Positions 37,371-50,029 are shown, numbered from the stretch's first letter. The stretch is DNA of 64,000 nucleotides from Vicugna vicugna (GCA_013265495.1 MU061579.1:6858124-6922123), one strand, 5' to 3'. The notes: generated by a model not told the origin, from the letters alone. Made by a program: numbers and translations.

Positions 37371-39316
37371 TGTTTACTCTCTCATTTTAAAACCAAATTA
37401 CTTGGTTTCTTAACAACCTCAGAGGGCAATTTGTTATAATTGTAGCATTGTGTATTTTATTGGATTTAATTCCTTTCAAGGCTAATATAGTAGCTTAGTA
37501 ATTTGTTACTAACTTATTGACTAGAACCCAAACATTATCCAAATATTAGTTATGGATCACTTCCTAGCTCTTCCTTACTCTGACTTCTTGTCCTTCCACA
37601 TCAGCCCAAATTTATTCCCTTAGAGACCGCATAGCTCAAGCTGCTTCTTTTCCAGGCAAGATATTGGCAGCCAAAAGAGGTGAAGTGACAGAAGATCCAG
37701 GTCAGCTGCAAAGATGATAAAATAGTTGGAAAATGAGATTTATGAAAAAAAGTAATTTTAAAAGCTAGAAATTATTTCTTCTGGAGATTCTGAGGACAAC
37801 TCAGTGATGATCATCAGACACATGGATGTTTATGCTGCAAGGAAATGTATTCCTCAGTTACCCTCCAATTCCACAAAGGACAAGGGGCTCTGGACCTGAT
37901 CACAGTGTGATGGATTTAGAGTAAATATAAGAAAGATGATGGCCAGAACAGAGCTGACAGTTTTCTCTGGTTTATTTTCTGTTATCCTTTATAAATCTCC
38001 CAGAATCATGATTCAAATGTCAGGCTTTGGCCACATCTAATTACTTCTCTAAGCCCCATTCATTCACTTAGCACACAACTGGGGAGCACCACATCTGCAC
38101 CAAGCACTGTGCCAGGCCCTGGGGACATGAGAACCAGATGGGCACGGTCCCTATCTTTGTGGCATTATATAGTCCAACTGGAGTGGATGTTATGGACAGA
38201 GTCCTTAGAAAGGTAGATCTAGAGTAAAACAATCATTTCCTTAACTAGGAATTTTGGAACTTTCTACAGCATCTCAGTTGGTAAAGATAGTAAATTCCAA
38301 GTGCCTTAGTATGTCCTTCAGCTCCTTCAAAGATCTAGTTTCATCTCTCAACATTCCCATAACATGCGCCAGTGACATACAGTTCCCTAAATACACCTTT
38401 GTGAAGAAACAGTTTTGTGCCTTGGGGTTTTCTCTGTTTGTTATGCTTTGCTCCCCACCATCACTGAGCCCCAGGGAGTAAACTGGTCTTCCCATTAAGT
38501 AATGGACAGATTGTGAGTTCTGTACATCAGTATCCCTGATAGGCTGTGAGCCCTATAAAAGCAGGAAAAACATGGAATGTCATTGTGGTCTAGTGTTTAG
38601 CAAAGTATGTGGACAATCAATACAAGAAGGAAGGGGGGAAAGAATGGGAGAAAGAAATGAGAGAGGAAGGAGGGTAGGATGGAAGGAAGGGAGGGAAGGA
38701 GAGAGGAAGGAAAGACTCTCATATGATGAGATAATATTCCTAAGTCTTAACTGTATTTCTCCCAAAGGCCTCTTCCCACTCCCTGCACAATCCGTCCACT
38801 CCTACCTCTGCCCTCAGCTTATAACCCGTCTTAGATCCTGAAACAAAAATAAAATAGGCTTGAGTCAGAAGGACTTAGACATACACCTACAGAGTTTACA
38901 GAATGAGTTTTTAATACCAGAAGATAATAGATAAATGACTCTGGATGAGAACGAAGTAAAAAGAAAGAGTATCTCTTAGACCATAGAGAAAGACACAGAA
39001 AAACCCCAAGGTTAGTAGGACTAAGGTTTAGAGTAGGAAGGGTGAGGAAAGACCTTCCTTTGAGAGCACTAAGCAAGACTGACTTAGTTCTAAGTCATCA
39101 CACTTCCTCACATCCAAGGGACCAATTGCCCAGAGTCAGCCTCTTGGCCAGAGAGCATCAGTTTGGAGAAAACTGGTTAGGGCACTGGAGATGCTATCCT
39201 GACTCCTGCCTACCTGGAGCATCTAGAGAACTTGTATCAGGAACATGGACACTTGTGGCATGAGAGTGATATGAAATAATCCTAAACCATCCATCCTGGT
39301 TGAACTCAAAGCACTT

Positions 39317-39675
39317 CATTTTTTTAATTGAGGTAAAATTGGTATGTAACATTATATAAATTTCACATGTTCATAATAATGTTTCATAATTCAACATCTG
39401 TATATACTACAAAGTGATCACCACCAAAGGTCTGCTTACCAAAAAAAAGGCTTTTTGTTTGTTCATATTAGTGAAATTTTGTGGTATTTGTCTTTCACTT
39501 AGCATAACACTCCCAAGTTCCATCCATGTCATTGCAAATAGTAAGATTTCATTATTCTTATGGCTGAGTAGTATTCTACTGTATATATATACCACACCAT
39601 CTTTATGTATTCATCTTAGTGAACATTTAGTTTGTTTCCATATCTTGACTATTGTAAATAATGCCCCAATAAATT
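39317..39675 (-). mobile_element. L1 3' fragment inserted at the tail of another L1
   Basis: TTTTTTTAATTGAGGTAAAATTGG head; reverse ORF2 end (FAMTWMELGSVMLSE); flanked by AAAGCACTT (39308-39316 / 39676-39684). Confidence 0.8.
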
Positions 39676-39684
39676 AAAGCACTT

Positions 39685-40070
39685 TTTAAAAATTGAAATA
39701 ACATTGGTTTTTAACATTGCATAAGTTTCATGTATACAATATTATATTTCTACATATATATATATATGTATATCTCACATATACATTTATCACATTTCCT
39801 TATACATTCATTCATCAGTGGATATTTAGGTTGTTTCCACATCTTGGCTATTGTAAATAATGCTGCTGTGAACATTGGGGTGAATAAATCTTTTCAAATT
39901 AATGTTCTTGTATTCTTTGGATGTATACCTATGAGTGGAATTGCTGGATCATATGTTAGTTCTAGTCTTAATATTCTTAGAAATCCCCCTACCATTTTTC
40001 ATAGTGGCTGTGCCCATTTACATTCCCACCAAGTGTATGAGGGCTTCCATTTTCCCACATCCTCGTCAAC
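39685..40070 (-). mobile_element. L1 3' fragment (internally deleted)
   Basis: AATTGAAATAACATTGGTTTTTAACATTG...TTAGGTTGTTTCCACATCTTGGCTATTGTAAATAATGCTGC...GGAATTGCTGGATCATATG. Confidence 0.85.
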
Positions 40071-40218
40071 ATGGGCTTCTAAAAGGAGCACAATTACTAA
40101 GACTTCCTGCATGGTCACAAAGGTGACCTTTAGCTTTGTCTTGCAATGGATTTTATGAAATGAAGTAGGTCAGACCTATGACCACCAGAACAGGCATTAG
40201 GAAAATTAATTTAGAATC

Positions 40219-40682
40219 TGTATTAGTTAACTAGGGCTGCTCTAACAAATTACCACAAACTGAGTGACTTTAAACAACAGTAAGAACTGACATGAAATCT
40301 ATTATCTCACAGTTCTAGAGGCTGGAAGTCTGAAATCAAGTTAATAGCAGGTCCATACTCCCTTTGAAGGCTCTAGGAGGAGTGCTTCCTTGGCTCTTTT
40401 AGGTTTTGGAGATTGCTAGCAATCTTTGGCATTTGTTGGTTGTGGCAGCACAACTTCAGTCTCGGCCTCTGTATCCACATGGTCATCTTCCTTCTGTATG
40501 TCTGAGTGTCTGTGTCTCCGTTTCTCTTCTTGTAAGAATTAGAGCCCACCCTAATCCAGTATGGCCTCAACTTGTATCTTAATTACATCTGCAGAGACCC
40601 TATTTCCAAGGTCACATTCACAGGTACCCAGGAGCAAGACCTTGAATGTATCTTTCTGGGGAACATAATTCAACTCACAACA
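40219..40682 (-). mobile_element. MLT1C-type MaLR solo LTR with perfect 5-bp TSD
   Basis: TG...CA termini (TGTATTAG...CACAACA); TSD GAATC at 40214-40218 and 40683-40687; internal MLT1 motifs. Confidence 0.93.
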
Positions 40683-40890
40683 GAATCCTAAATGTTATTT
40701 CTTACCACAGCCTACAGTGAAGCGGCAAATTAGATGCTACTATGTGATATATTACTCTAAACATAGTTTTACTCAACTACAGGGAAAATTCTATCAAAAA
40801 AAATGACTCAACTACATTAGAATTTCCTAATTAGTGTTCCACAGAATACTGTTTCTGAGGATGTAATTAGCTGTGCTGTGACTCAAGGGT

Positions 40891-41530
40891 TATGTATCTA
40901 TTACAGCCCCAATCAAAGAAGAACTAGTAGGTGATACATGCTATATTATATGTTACATATGTATATTCTATATTGTGTATCATATAAAGCTACATATTAT
41001 ATAGCATATACACAAGGGAATTTATCTTATGTAATTATGCAGCTTGTTTAAGGAATCTCTGTAAAGTTGTCTTCTTGTGTGGTGTTGAAGCTTAAAGTCC
41101 ACAGAATGGGCAATCAGAAAGAAAGATGGATGTAAAGTGGGGGAGATCAAGGATAAGCCAAAACCCATGAGTACAGGTGGAACCTATGTCAGTTCCTATG
41201 GCCTCTGACCTTGATGGCATGGGCGTCCTGTGGGAAGAGCTGGAGCTAAACACACAACCTGGCCCAAGAGTCAGAGAAGCTGAAGGAGGATTAGTGGAAA
41301 GGTGGAGCACTGGCAGGCCCAGCGGCTGCTCCACATCCCTGAGGCAAGCCAGCAGAGAAGCAACAAAGTGGGAGACCCACAAAAGGGCTACTGCTGTATT
41401 TCTGCCTTTCCAATCTCCTGCCAGAATATCTCGTGTTGCACCCCTCCCTGCCCCCAACCAAAACGCACACAGGATGGGGATTCTGGGAAATGGAGTTTAG
41501 CCTAGTCAAGTTGACACATTACCAAGTCAC
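40891..41530 (-). mobile_element. MLT2-type (ERVL) LTR
   Basis: Ends GGGATTCTGGGAAATGGAGTTTAGCCTAGTCAAGTTGACACAT; starts with an AT-repeat region and AAGGGAATT...ATGTAATTATG, typical of MLT2 in reverse. Confidence 0.7.
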
Positions 41531-42209
41531 TTAAGCTATAGCACTACGTTAAAAATCACACTGTGCCATATCTCTCTCTCTGAGAGACTCAGGACATTAG
41601 TGTACCAAAGGCTCAGCAAAGTCCTTGAGTTTAAAAATAAATAAACTTTTCAGCTTTGATCTAAGATTTCCCACACTTATTACAATAGCTGATTTTGGAG
41701 ATTATGATTATGAAAAGTTATTGTGGAAACTCAATGATTGTTTATTGGCGTGATGTCTGTTTTTTGCTATATTTCTATAAGTAGTTCTTAGAAAAACTCT
41801 AATAAGATGCTGTGTTTCTTTAGAATATCCTGGTTACTAAGTAGAGAAGAGTTTCTTCAATTCATTCACCAACATATCCAATCATTCTCAATTTTAAGGG
41901 AAGATATATGCAACATGCTAGAGAAATCTGGAACTTCTCAAATCATCCTTAAGTAATCCATTTAAAGTGTTGGGGCTCTATCTTATCTTCATGAAAGGCC
42001 TAATAATAAATAAAGCTCATCTGATTTCCTTTTAAAAGTGACTGTAGTTAAACCACCTACAGAATCAATGTACACACACCCACATCTTGGAACATATAGT
42101 CATTGGATTAAAAGTTTTAAAACTAGATTATAAAAATAGCTACTGTTTAAGGCAACATAATAACAGATGAGAGCATGGACTTGGGAACCAGGCTTTTCCA
42201 AGTGAAAAC

Positions 42210-42577
42210 TGTCTTAATCTGTTTGGGCTGCTGCAATGGTATACCATAGACTAGGTGGCTTATAAACAACAGACATTTATTGCTAACAGTTTTGGAGGCT
42301 GGGAAGTTCAAGAACAAGGCACCAGCAGGTTTGGTGTCTGGTGACGGCTCTCTTTTGGTTCGTAGTCAGCCACCTTCTCACTGTATCCTCACATGGTGGA
42401 ATGGTTAAGGGAGCTCTCTGGGGTCTCTTTAATAAGGGCAGTAATCCTATTTCTAAGGGCTCCACCCTCATGACCTAATCACCTCCCAAGGGCCTCACTT
42501 CTAAATATCACATTGGGGATTAGGTTTCAACATATAATTTGGGGAAAAGAGGGGACACAAACATTGAGTCTCTAGCA
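42210..42577 (-). mobile_element. MLT1A-type MaLR solo LTR
   Basis: TGTCTTAATCTGTTTGGGCTGCT...ACCATAGACTAGGTGGCTTATAAACAACAG...CTCCACCCTCATGACCTAATCACCTCCC...ACATTGAGTCTCTAGCA. Confidence 0.92.
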
Positions 42578-42790
42578 AGCATGGACTCTGAAATCAGACT
42601 GCTTAAACTTGAGACTCAGTTCTACCACTTATTAGCTGTGTGACACTGAGTAAGCTACTTAATCACTCTGAGCTTCAATTTTCTCATTGTAAAACAGGAC
42701 TAGTAATCTTTCTCCCTTCATAAGTTATAATGGGTATTAAAGAATTTAACATTTGGAAAGAGTTTTAAACCATGCTTTGTACATTGTGAA
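42578..42790 (+). mobile_element. MIR SINE
   Basis: AGCATGGACTCTGAAATCAGAC...CTACCACTTATTAGCTGTGTGAC...TTTCTCATTGTAAAA. Confidence 0.85.
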
Positions 42791-44504
42791 TGGTGTGTGT
42801 GTGTGTATGTGTGTGTGTCCAGCTCTTCAAGGCAATCCCTGCTGAGCCTATACCATTATGTCAGTTTTATAGATGAGGAAAGTCTGTTCAAATAGAGGTG
42901 AAGTATTGTCTCTTAGGGCATACTGCAGGAGGCAGTCAGGACAAAACCCTAGATGACTCTGACTCTAACACATGGTCTCATTCCCCACAGCCATGGCACC
43001 TTCAAGCAAAGCTTTATGGCTCTCTTAGACTTCCTCCAGAAAGTCTCAAAAGACAAGATCAAATTGACTAGGTCCAGAAATGGAATTAGTCCCTCTCCCC
43101 AGGGGTGCTAAAGTTGTAGCTGTCACTCATTCTTGACCTAGACTAGATATGAATGCAGAACTTAGAATGAAAGGCTCCATGGGTTTATTTTGCCCTGAGC
43201 TTACATGGTCCCTAGAAAGTTCTTTAAATACTTTCAATCAAGGGCTCAGAAAAATTTTTAAAAATAACCTTGCACATACAATTAGAAACTGGCATGTGGG
43301 GAATTAAACAGAAGAGATGGAATTTTCTCTGATTATCAGGGACTACTTGAAGGGAACTGCTTTGAAGAAAATACCTCAGACTCAAAAACCACACAAGGAG
43401 TTCTGACATGACTTGTTGATGGCAAAGCTGACAGGAGCTCAAGGGCAGAGACTCAGAAAAGAGACCCTCCTCTTTTAGCCGTCAGAGATAGAGAGGGACC
43501 AGCTTGGAATGGTCTGGGACAGGTGTCACTGTGTTATTGCGAGTTTAATGACTATTACAGAAACATAGACAGTAAAATATTTTCAAAGCAAGTGTGAAAG
43601 AATCCCTTATCATGTTTCTATGTGATCATGCTTGAGAAGCAGATCAAAAATGAATTTCCACACATCTCCACAGTAGTTCAAGTAATTCGAAGGATGCCAT
43701 CAGGACACCAGATGGCTGTTTCACTATAGGATAGTGAAGTAGTGAAAAAGGAGAAAAGAGGTTCTGCTCACACTTCTTCAGGAAGCTTTGCTGATCCCTG
43801 CTGTCTGCGTTGATCACTCCCAGCTCTGGACTCCTGCTGCCAATACAGTCAGTGCTACGTGTTTTGTATCTGTGGTTCTTCTATTTGTTAACCGAGTGAC
43901 CTAAAGCGAGTTACCTGACTACTCTCATCCATTTCCTCAGTGTCAGGATGAGAAAACTACCAATCTCACAGGGGTAAGAATAAGAATGAACTTCATTAAT
44001 CACAAAAGGACTTAGACCACAGTGCTTGGCACTTGGTGCCGTGGTTCGTGGGCTTTCTGTGTTCCTGCTTCCTGTCTCGCATAGACTGTGGGATTTGATG
44101 TGCCCATTGGGAAATATTTTAAGACCCATAAGAACTTAGAAATATCTGTTTCTGAGATTTCAACTATGGCATCATCACAACATGGACCAAACCACGGATT
44201 TTCAAAATTAACCTAAAGATATAAAATTAATCTTCAAGCATAATAAGCCAGGATTTATGAAATGAACTTTGTAAAAGAACCAACTGTATAAGCAACTGTG
44301 GAAGAAAATCAGTGGCTTCATTGGAACTCTTTGGATACAAGTGACAGAAGCCCAACTTAAATAATAACAATTATTATTATTATTATGTGCTCAAACAATA
44401 TCACAGAATTGTTCCTTTCTCCATTTCTCTGTTTTGCTTTCCTCTGTATTGGATTCACTCTTGAGCAAACCTTCAACTGAAATAGCTAATGACTCCTGGC
44501 AGTT

Positions 44505-45592
44505 CACATGGCCTTGGCTAGCACCATTATTATCCAAGTACTTACAATGTTTTTGATCCACTGACATAGAATCCCATGTAATATGTCCAAAGGAGCCACT
44601 TTACAGAAAAGCAGGCAATGCTCTGCATGCATATAATGGCACACACTGATCCTAGCACATACTGTGCTAACTAGCAGCAGCTGGCCTGATAAGCAGGGAT
44701 ATGGCCATTTGAAGGACACTGGCTTAGCATCATACCTTGAAAGGATGGGAGGACAACTTATATACACTCGAGGACACCTCATTATACTAAATTGATGACC
44801 ATTGTGGGAGCTGGTGCTATGTGCCCTGTTAGTAGAATATATGCATCTGGGAACCAAGGAGAAGAAATAGAAATGGCCTCACTCACCATCATCCCCAGGA
44901 TCCATGTGAAGAATTTGTGCTTCCTGTTCTACACTGATAGACCCTGTGTGTCTGAAGGATTGGTTCCCAAAGAGTACTTGTGCTTCCTATTCCTGCAATG
45001 TTATGCTGCATGGCTCTAAAGATCCTGAATTCCAGAAGGGAATGCTTCCACCAGAATACAGACTAAGGGTCCCATTTAACTTTAAGCTACAGCTTCTGCC
45101 AAGTCAGTTCAAGCTGTTCATGGAAAGAGACCAGAAGGCAAGGACAGGAGCTATCATTTTGGCAGGGCTGGGATCCTGATCATCAGGAAGAGGCTGCCAC
45201 ATAAAAGAGACAGAGGAAAATAGTTAGCACCCAGGTGGCCACAGGGGTGTTTCTTGACACTCCCCTGCCTTGTTGTAAAGTACAGACAGCCTTGGCCTGA
45301 GATGGAGACCAGGGATAAAAATCTGGGTCTCATCCCCCAGGTATGCCACCTAGCCCAGGAGAGGTACGAGCTGAGGGTGAGAGACCAATAGAATGTGTGG
45401 TAGAGGAGGGAGATGAGGAGTATTGGTCCTGGTCTGGAGACAGCTGCCGCCAGGAGAACTGTATGTAGTTTGGTGCACTAACTTTCCTCTTACATATTCC
45501 TTATGGAAAAGAGACCCTTCACCAGAATCTTGGGGAGACTGAGTGGGATGAAATTCCTATGTGAAGTGGATCCAAGAGCTACAAGGATGAGT
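44505..45592 (+). mobile_element. ERVL (ERV3-16A3-like) internal fragment: decayed integrase C-terminal half + dUTPase
   Basis: ORF peptides GAMCPVSRIYASGNQGEEIEMASLTIIP and KGMLPPEYRLRVPFNFKLQLLPSQFKLFMERDQKARTGAIILAG resemble the ERVL pol motifs (GTVSPIARIHGSRNQGVE..APLTITP; GGMLPPGDT..IPLNWKLRLPPGHFGLL...QQAKKGVTVLAG). Many stops and frameshifts. Confidence 0.85.
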
Positions 45593-45998
45593 TGTAGTGG
45601 GTGCTGTGGTGCTACCCAGATGCCCCAGGACAGAACATGCACACTCAGGCTGCCACTGGGAGACGTGGCTGCTGATTTCTCTCCACTGAAGCACTTTCTG
45701 GGGTTTTCTTTTGACAAAGGGAGTTACTTTACCAAAGATTACCTCTGGTTAATTCAAGGTTAAAAGAGGTCTGATTCCCTAACCTCAATTCAGGAAAATC
45801 TGAATGGCCATCTTAAGACTAGAGGGCCCCATTGGCCTGTGTTGTAGCTATACATTTGACTTCTTCCCCGGCCCAGCTGTGCCTTCCTCATTTGCTTAAT
45901 GATGCTCAGGTGATGTTACTGAGATCACAACCCAAAACACCTCCCACATGCTAATCTTCACCTCAGAGTCTGTTTTCCTGGGTACCTAACCTGAGACA
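45593..45998 (+). mobile_element. LTR16-type 3' LTR of the ERVL fragment
   Basis: TGTAGTGGGTGCTGTGGTG...ACATGCTAATCTTCACCTCAGAGTCTGTTTTCCTGGG...CTGAGACA (TG...CA), directly after the internal fragment. Confidence 0.8.
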
Positions 45999-46498
45999 AT
46001 AGCCAAATCTATGGAATGTTCATTATGTGCTAAATACTTTGTACATGTTAACTCATTCAGTGCTCATTGAAAAATAATATTATCTCCATATGTCAGATGA
46101 GAACCTTTAAGTTTAGAGAGGGTTAAATGACTAATGTGAAGCCTAATAAGATGATTTGAAAATTAGATTTGGGACAAATATATATCAGATTGATCGCTTA
46201 TGGAAATCTGGAATTCTACCGAGATTTTCATTATCTGCGAGTGTATCTGATGACCTGTGACAGGTATAGATTGTAATTGCTAAGTTTCCATTTGTATCAC
46301 ATGTTCTGAGACTACTAGTGACAGTACCTAGAGACCATCCAGTGACCACATCTCAATGAGGCTTTATTTAACCCTTATAAATTCCAAAGGTCAAATGTAC
46401 TTACTGTGATCAAATTCTAGTTACAAAGCTGGTGAAAGGTTAAATAAAAAAAGAAAAGAGAGATATTAGTAATTTTGACTATCTTCTTTGCCCTGTAC

Positions 46499-46742
46499 TA
46501 GTGTTTTTCAAACTTCTTTTACCTCAACCCATAGTAAGAAATACATATTTCATAGTGACCCAGCATGTACATGTATATGTATGTACATAAGGGAAACTAA
46601 AGCAAAAAATTTCACTGTCCAGTACATGCCCTTATTAATATGGCAATGACTTTATGCTCTATTTGTATGTTTTAAGCTAGTTGATACTCACTGTATTGAT
46701 TTCAGATTAAATGATCATGAAGAATAGTTTATAAATCACTGC
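46499..46742. mobile_element. hAT-Charlie-type MITE
   Basis: Termini TAGTGTTTTTCAAAC ... GTTTATAAATCACTG; internal CCCATAGTAAGAAATACAT. Confidence 0.6.
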
Positions 46743-47719
46743 CCAGTGCTAAGTCTCTTCACATATATTTACTAATTTAGCTCTTCTGACAAGTTTTCAA
46801 AAAAATAATTACTATCATCCCATTTTTTCTCTAATGAGGTACATGCTTTAACAACCATCCAGAGATCCTACAACTCATAAATGACAGAGCAGGAATTTAA
46901 ATAGATTAAATTACTAAATTATTTTATACATGTTTCAGTCTCATGGGCAGCATGCAGAATGCTTAAAAAGAAGAAGAGAACAAAAGAAAAAATGAAGAAA
47001 TATAGGCATTTTCCCCATCCATTTTCTTTTGCCTCTTATACTTACTTTACTATCAGTTTTAGGAAAGAGCCGGGCTAGAAAGATGCCCCAAACTCAGTGG
47101 AGATGTCAGTAACTAAAAGCAAGTGGCATCCTCGCCATTCCCTGTGAGAATTTGTGGAACTGAGTACAGCTTAAGAAAATTTACCTTCCAGCTAGCTTGT
47201 ATTTTCTAATATCTAGGCAGGAAGACATAAAGGTAAGGATAGTGTTCTTTCTCATCATTCAAGTTCTAAGCACCATTTCTTTTGCTTCTGGAGAAGTGAA
47301 CAAACTGTCAAGTCAATCAATACTCCTATCAACTCTTTTCTGGAAATCAATTCACTGAGAATATTCGCCTTGATGTAACTTAAGCACTTTATTCACTCTG
47401 GAATCTTACTGATAAATTCATGTGAATTGTGATATATTCTCTGAGCTTGCACGAGTTTGTAAGCATTTGTGGCAAAGATGAATTTGAAAGACAAAATTCC
47501 CTTAATCATTTTTAACTTCTTAAGCAACACAATTCTCAAAACCAACACATTGGTATAAGATACAAAAAGCATCTTCCTCTTTATGCAATTTTTTATTTTC
47601 TACTATTCTTCAGATAGTGTTTTACAAGAAAAATGTACCATGGTGGTTAACAAGAGATATAAATTTATGTCTTTTCCAGTCAAGTGGTGGGGAGAAAACA
47701 GTTTACATGGGATCACGTA

Positions 47720-48480
47720 GTAAAGAAGAAAGCAATTTTAGACACGCTTTTACAAAATAATCTATAGATTTAGTGTTATTCTCACCTGAGTCTCAACAGA
47801 AGTCATGTAAAACTGGCAAACAGATTTTTTAAATGAATTAAAAGAAGCAAAAGGCAAGAATAGCCAAATCATTCTTAAAGAAGGAAAAATTGTCTGTGTG
47901 TTCTGGGTGGGTGCATATTTGCCCTAGAATAGTTGTTCTTGAACTTTGGTGTGTATTTGATAATAAAGAACACAGACCCCTAGGTGTGTTGAAGTAAGTT
48001 GGAACTCACAGCTCTATATTTTTATCAAGGCTCCCAGGTGATTTTGATACTCATCCAAACCTGACAATCACTGCCCTAGTTCACAAGACAAATTATTAAA
48101 CTATAGCAATTAAAACAGGGTGGTACCAGCATAGGAAAAGATAAGAGACTAATAGAACAGAAAAGCAAGCCCCAAAATACATAGACCCATATACATGCTT
48201 GACATAAAAAGGTGAACTGCAGGTGGTGGGAGAGAAGAAACTACTTAAAAATGATGCCAGGAAAATGGTATCTATTTTAAGATAAAATTGGATTCCAAAG
48301 ATCAATAAAATTTAAAGGACATTAAAGACAAATATTAAAAAGTCAAAACTTTAGAACTTTTAGAAGAAAGTAAAAGAAAATAACTTTATGTCCTATTGGA
48401 CCTTAGAGTAAAGAAGAGTTTCTAAAGACAGATTTATAAGGCACAGATCATAAGGAAAACATTGATAAAAATATTTTTAA
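47720..48480 (+). mobile_element. Old L1 (L1ME-like) ORF2 fragment
   Basis: AATCTATAGATTTAGTG, GGCAAGAATAGCCAAA, TATAGCAATTAAAACAGGGTGGTACCAGCATAGG and ACTTTTAGAAGAAA appear in ORF2 order. Confidence 0.75.
47930..48073. mobile_element. MER5-type hAT MITE nested in the old L1
   Basis: TAGTTGTTCTTGAACTTTGG ... GCTCCCAGGTGATTTTGAT...AATCACTG; TSD-like CCCTAGAA / CCCTAGTT. Confidence 0.7.
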
Positions 48481-48524
48481 AAATTTTCTTCCATTTGCAA
48501 CTATCTATAAGAAATCAGATTATT

Positions 48525-49745
48525 ATTATATTTGGTATATTATTATACCAAACACAAACAAACAACCCAATCAAAAAACAGGCAGAAGCCCTAAATAGAC
48601 ATTTCTCCAAAGAAGACATCCAGATGGCCCACAGGCACAGGAAAAGATGCTCAATATTGCTAATACAGAAGTGCAAATCAAAACTAAAATGAGGTATCAC
48701 CTCACACCAGTCAAAATGGCTGTCATTTAAAAAGTCTACAAACAATAAATGCTGCAGAGAATGTGAAGAAAAAGGAACCCTCCTACACTGTTGGTGGGAA
48801 TGTAAATTGGTACAGCCACTATGGAGGACAGTATAGAGGTTCCTTAAAAAACTAAAAATAGAATTACCCTATGATCTGGCAATCCCAATCCTGGGTATAA
48901 GATTTGTAGATATTAACAGGCATATGTAGAATAGATAACAAGATTATACTGTATAGCACAGGGAAATACATACAAGATCTTGTGGTAGCTCACAGTGAAA
49001 AAAAAAATGTGACAATGAATATATGTATGTTCATGTATAACTGAAAAATTGTGCTCTACACTGGAATTTGACACAACATTATAAAATGACTATAACTCAA
49101 TAAAAAAAATTTAGAATGAAAAAAATAAATATATCTGGAGAAAACTATAATTTGAAAAGCAAATGCACCCTGGGGTTCTTAGCAGAAATATTTATAATAG
49201 CCAAGACATGGAAACAACCTAAATGCCTACTGACGTAAATGGATAAAGAAGATGTGGTATATGTACACAATGGAATATTACTCAGCCATAAAAAGAATGA
49301 AATAAAATGCCATTTGCAGCAACATGGATGGATCTAGAGATTATCATATTTAGTGAAATAAGTCAAATAGAGAAAGACAAATATCATATGATTTCACTTA
49401 TATGTGGAATTTAAAACTAAGATACAAATTTAATTTACAAACCAAACATAGATTCACAGACATAGAAAACTATGGTTACCAAAGAGGAAGGGGCAGAGGA
49501 GGGATAAATTAGGAGTTTGGGATTAACAGATACACACTACTATATATAAAATAGATAAACAACAAGGACCCACTGTATAGCACAGGGAGATATATTCAAT
49601 TTTGTGTAATAACATGGAAAACACAATGGAAAACAATCTGAAAAAAAAATATATGTATATATATGTATAACTGAATCACTTTGTTGTATGCCTGAAACTA
49701 ACATTGTAAATCAACTACACTTCAATAAAACATAAAACTAAAAAA
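48525..49745 (+). mobile_element. Cetartiodactyl L1 3' fragment with perfect 16-bp TSD
   Basis: TSD AAGAAATCAGATTATT (48509-48524 / 49746-49761); ORF2 peptide [31 protein letters not shown]; complete 3'UTR and tail. Confidence 0.93.
48900..49129 (+). mobile_element. Young camelid L1 3'UTR fragment nested in L1
   Basis: Closely matches the reverse complement of ~18845-19050; splits host CCTGGGTA|TATATCTGGAG; A-rich tail. Confidence 0.9.
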
Positions 49746-50029
49746 AAGAAATCAGATTATTCTAGATATTGCTCAACCAAAATCAAAATATTGCAATTAA
49801 TTGGAGGCTAAGGCTTTTACAAGAACATAGTTGTCATTCCTAAAAAGAATTTTAAATGTTTATTTATTGTTGAATGAATAAATGTCCCAAAGTTCAATAT
49901 ATATGATACATTTATACTAATATAGTAGGCCCCAAAACATTTATCCATTGCTTCTCCTGTCAAGGAATGGAATTGAAGAATCCTCCTGGAAGTATAAGGC
50001 TAGTAAAATATGGTGCCCCTTTTACCACT

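Noticed and set aside
39730..40158. 142-aa ORF
   Set aside because: Antisense translation of L1 ORF2/3'UTR.
41092..41509. Cluster of four overlapping ORFs
   Set aside because: Lies in a relatively GC-rich MLT2-type LTR where stop codons are rarer.
42172..42587. AGCATGGACT on both sides of the MLT1A LTR
   Set aside because: It is not adjacent to the left LTR end, so it is not a TSD; it is explained by two MIR 5' heads.
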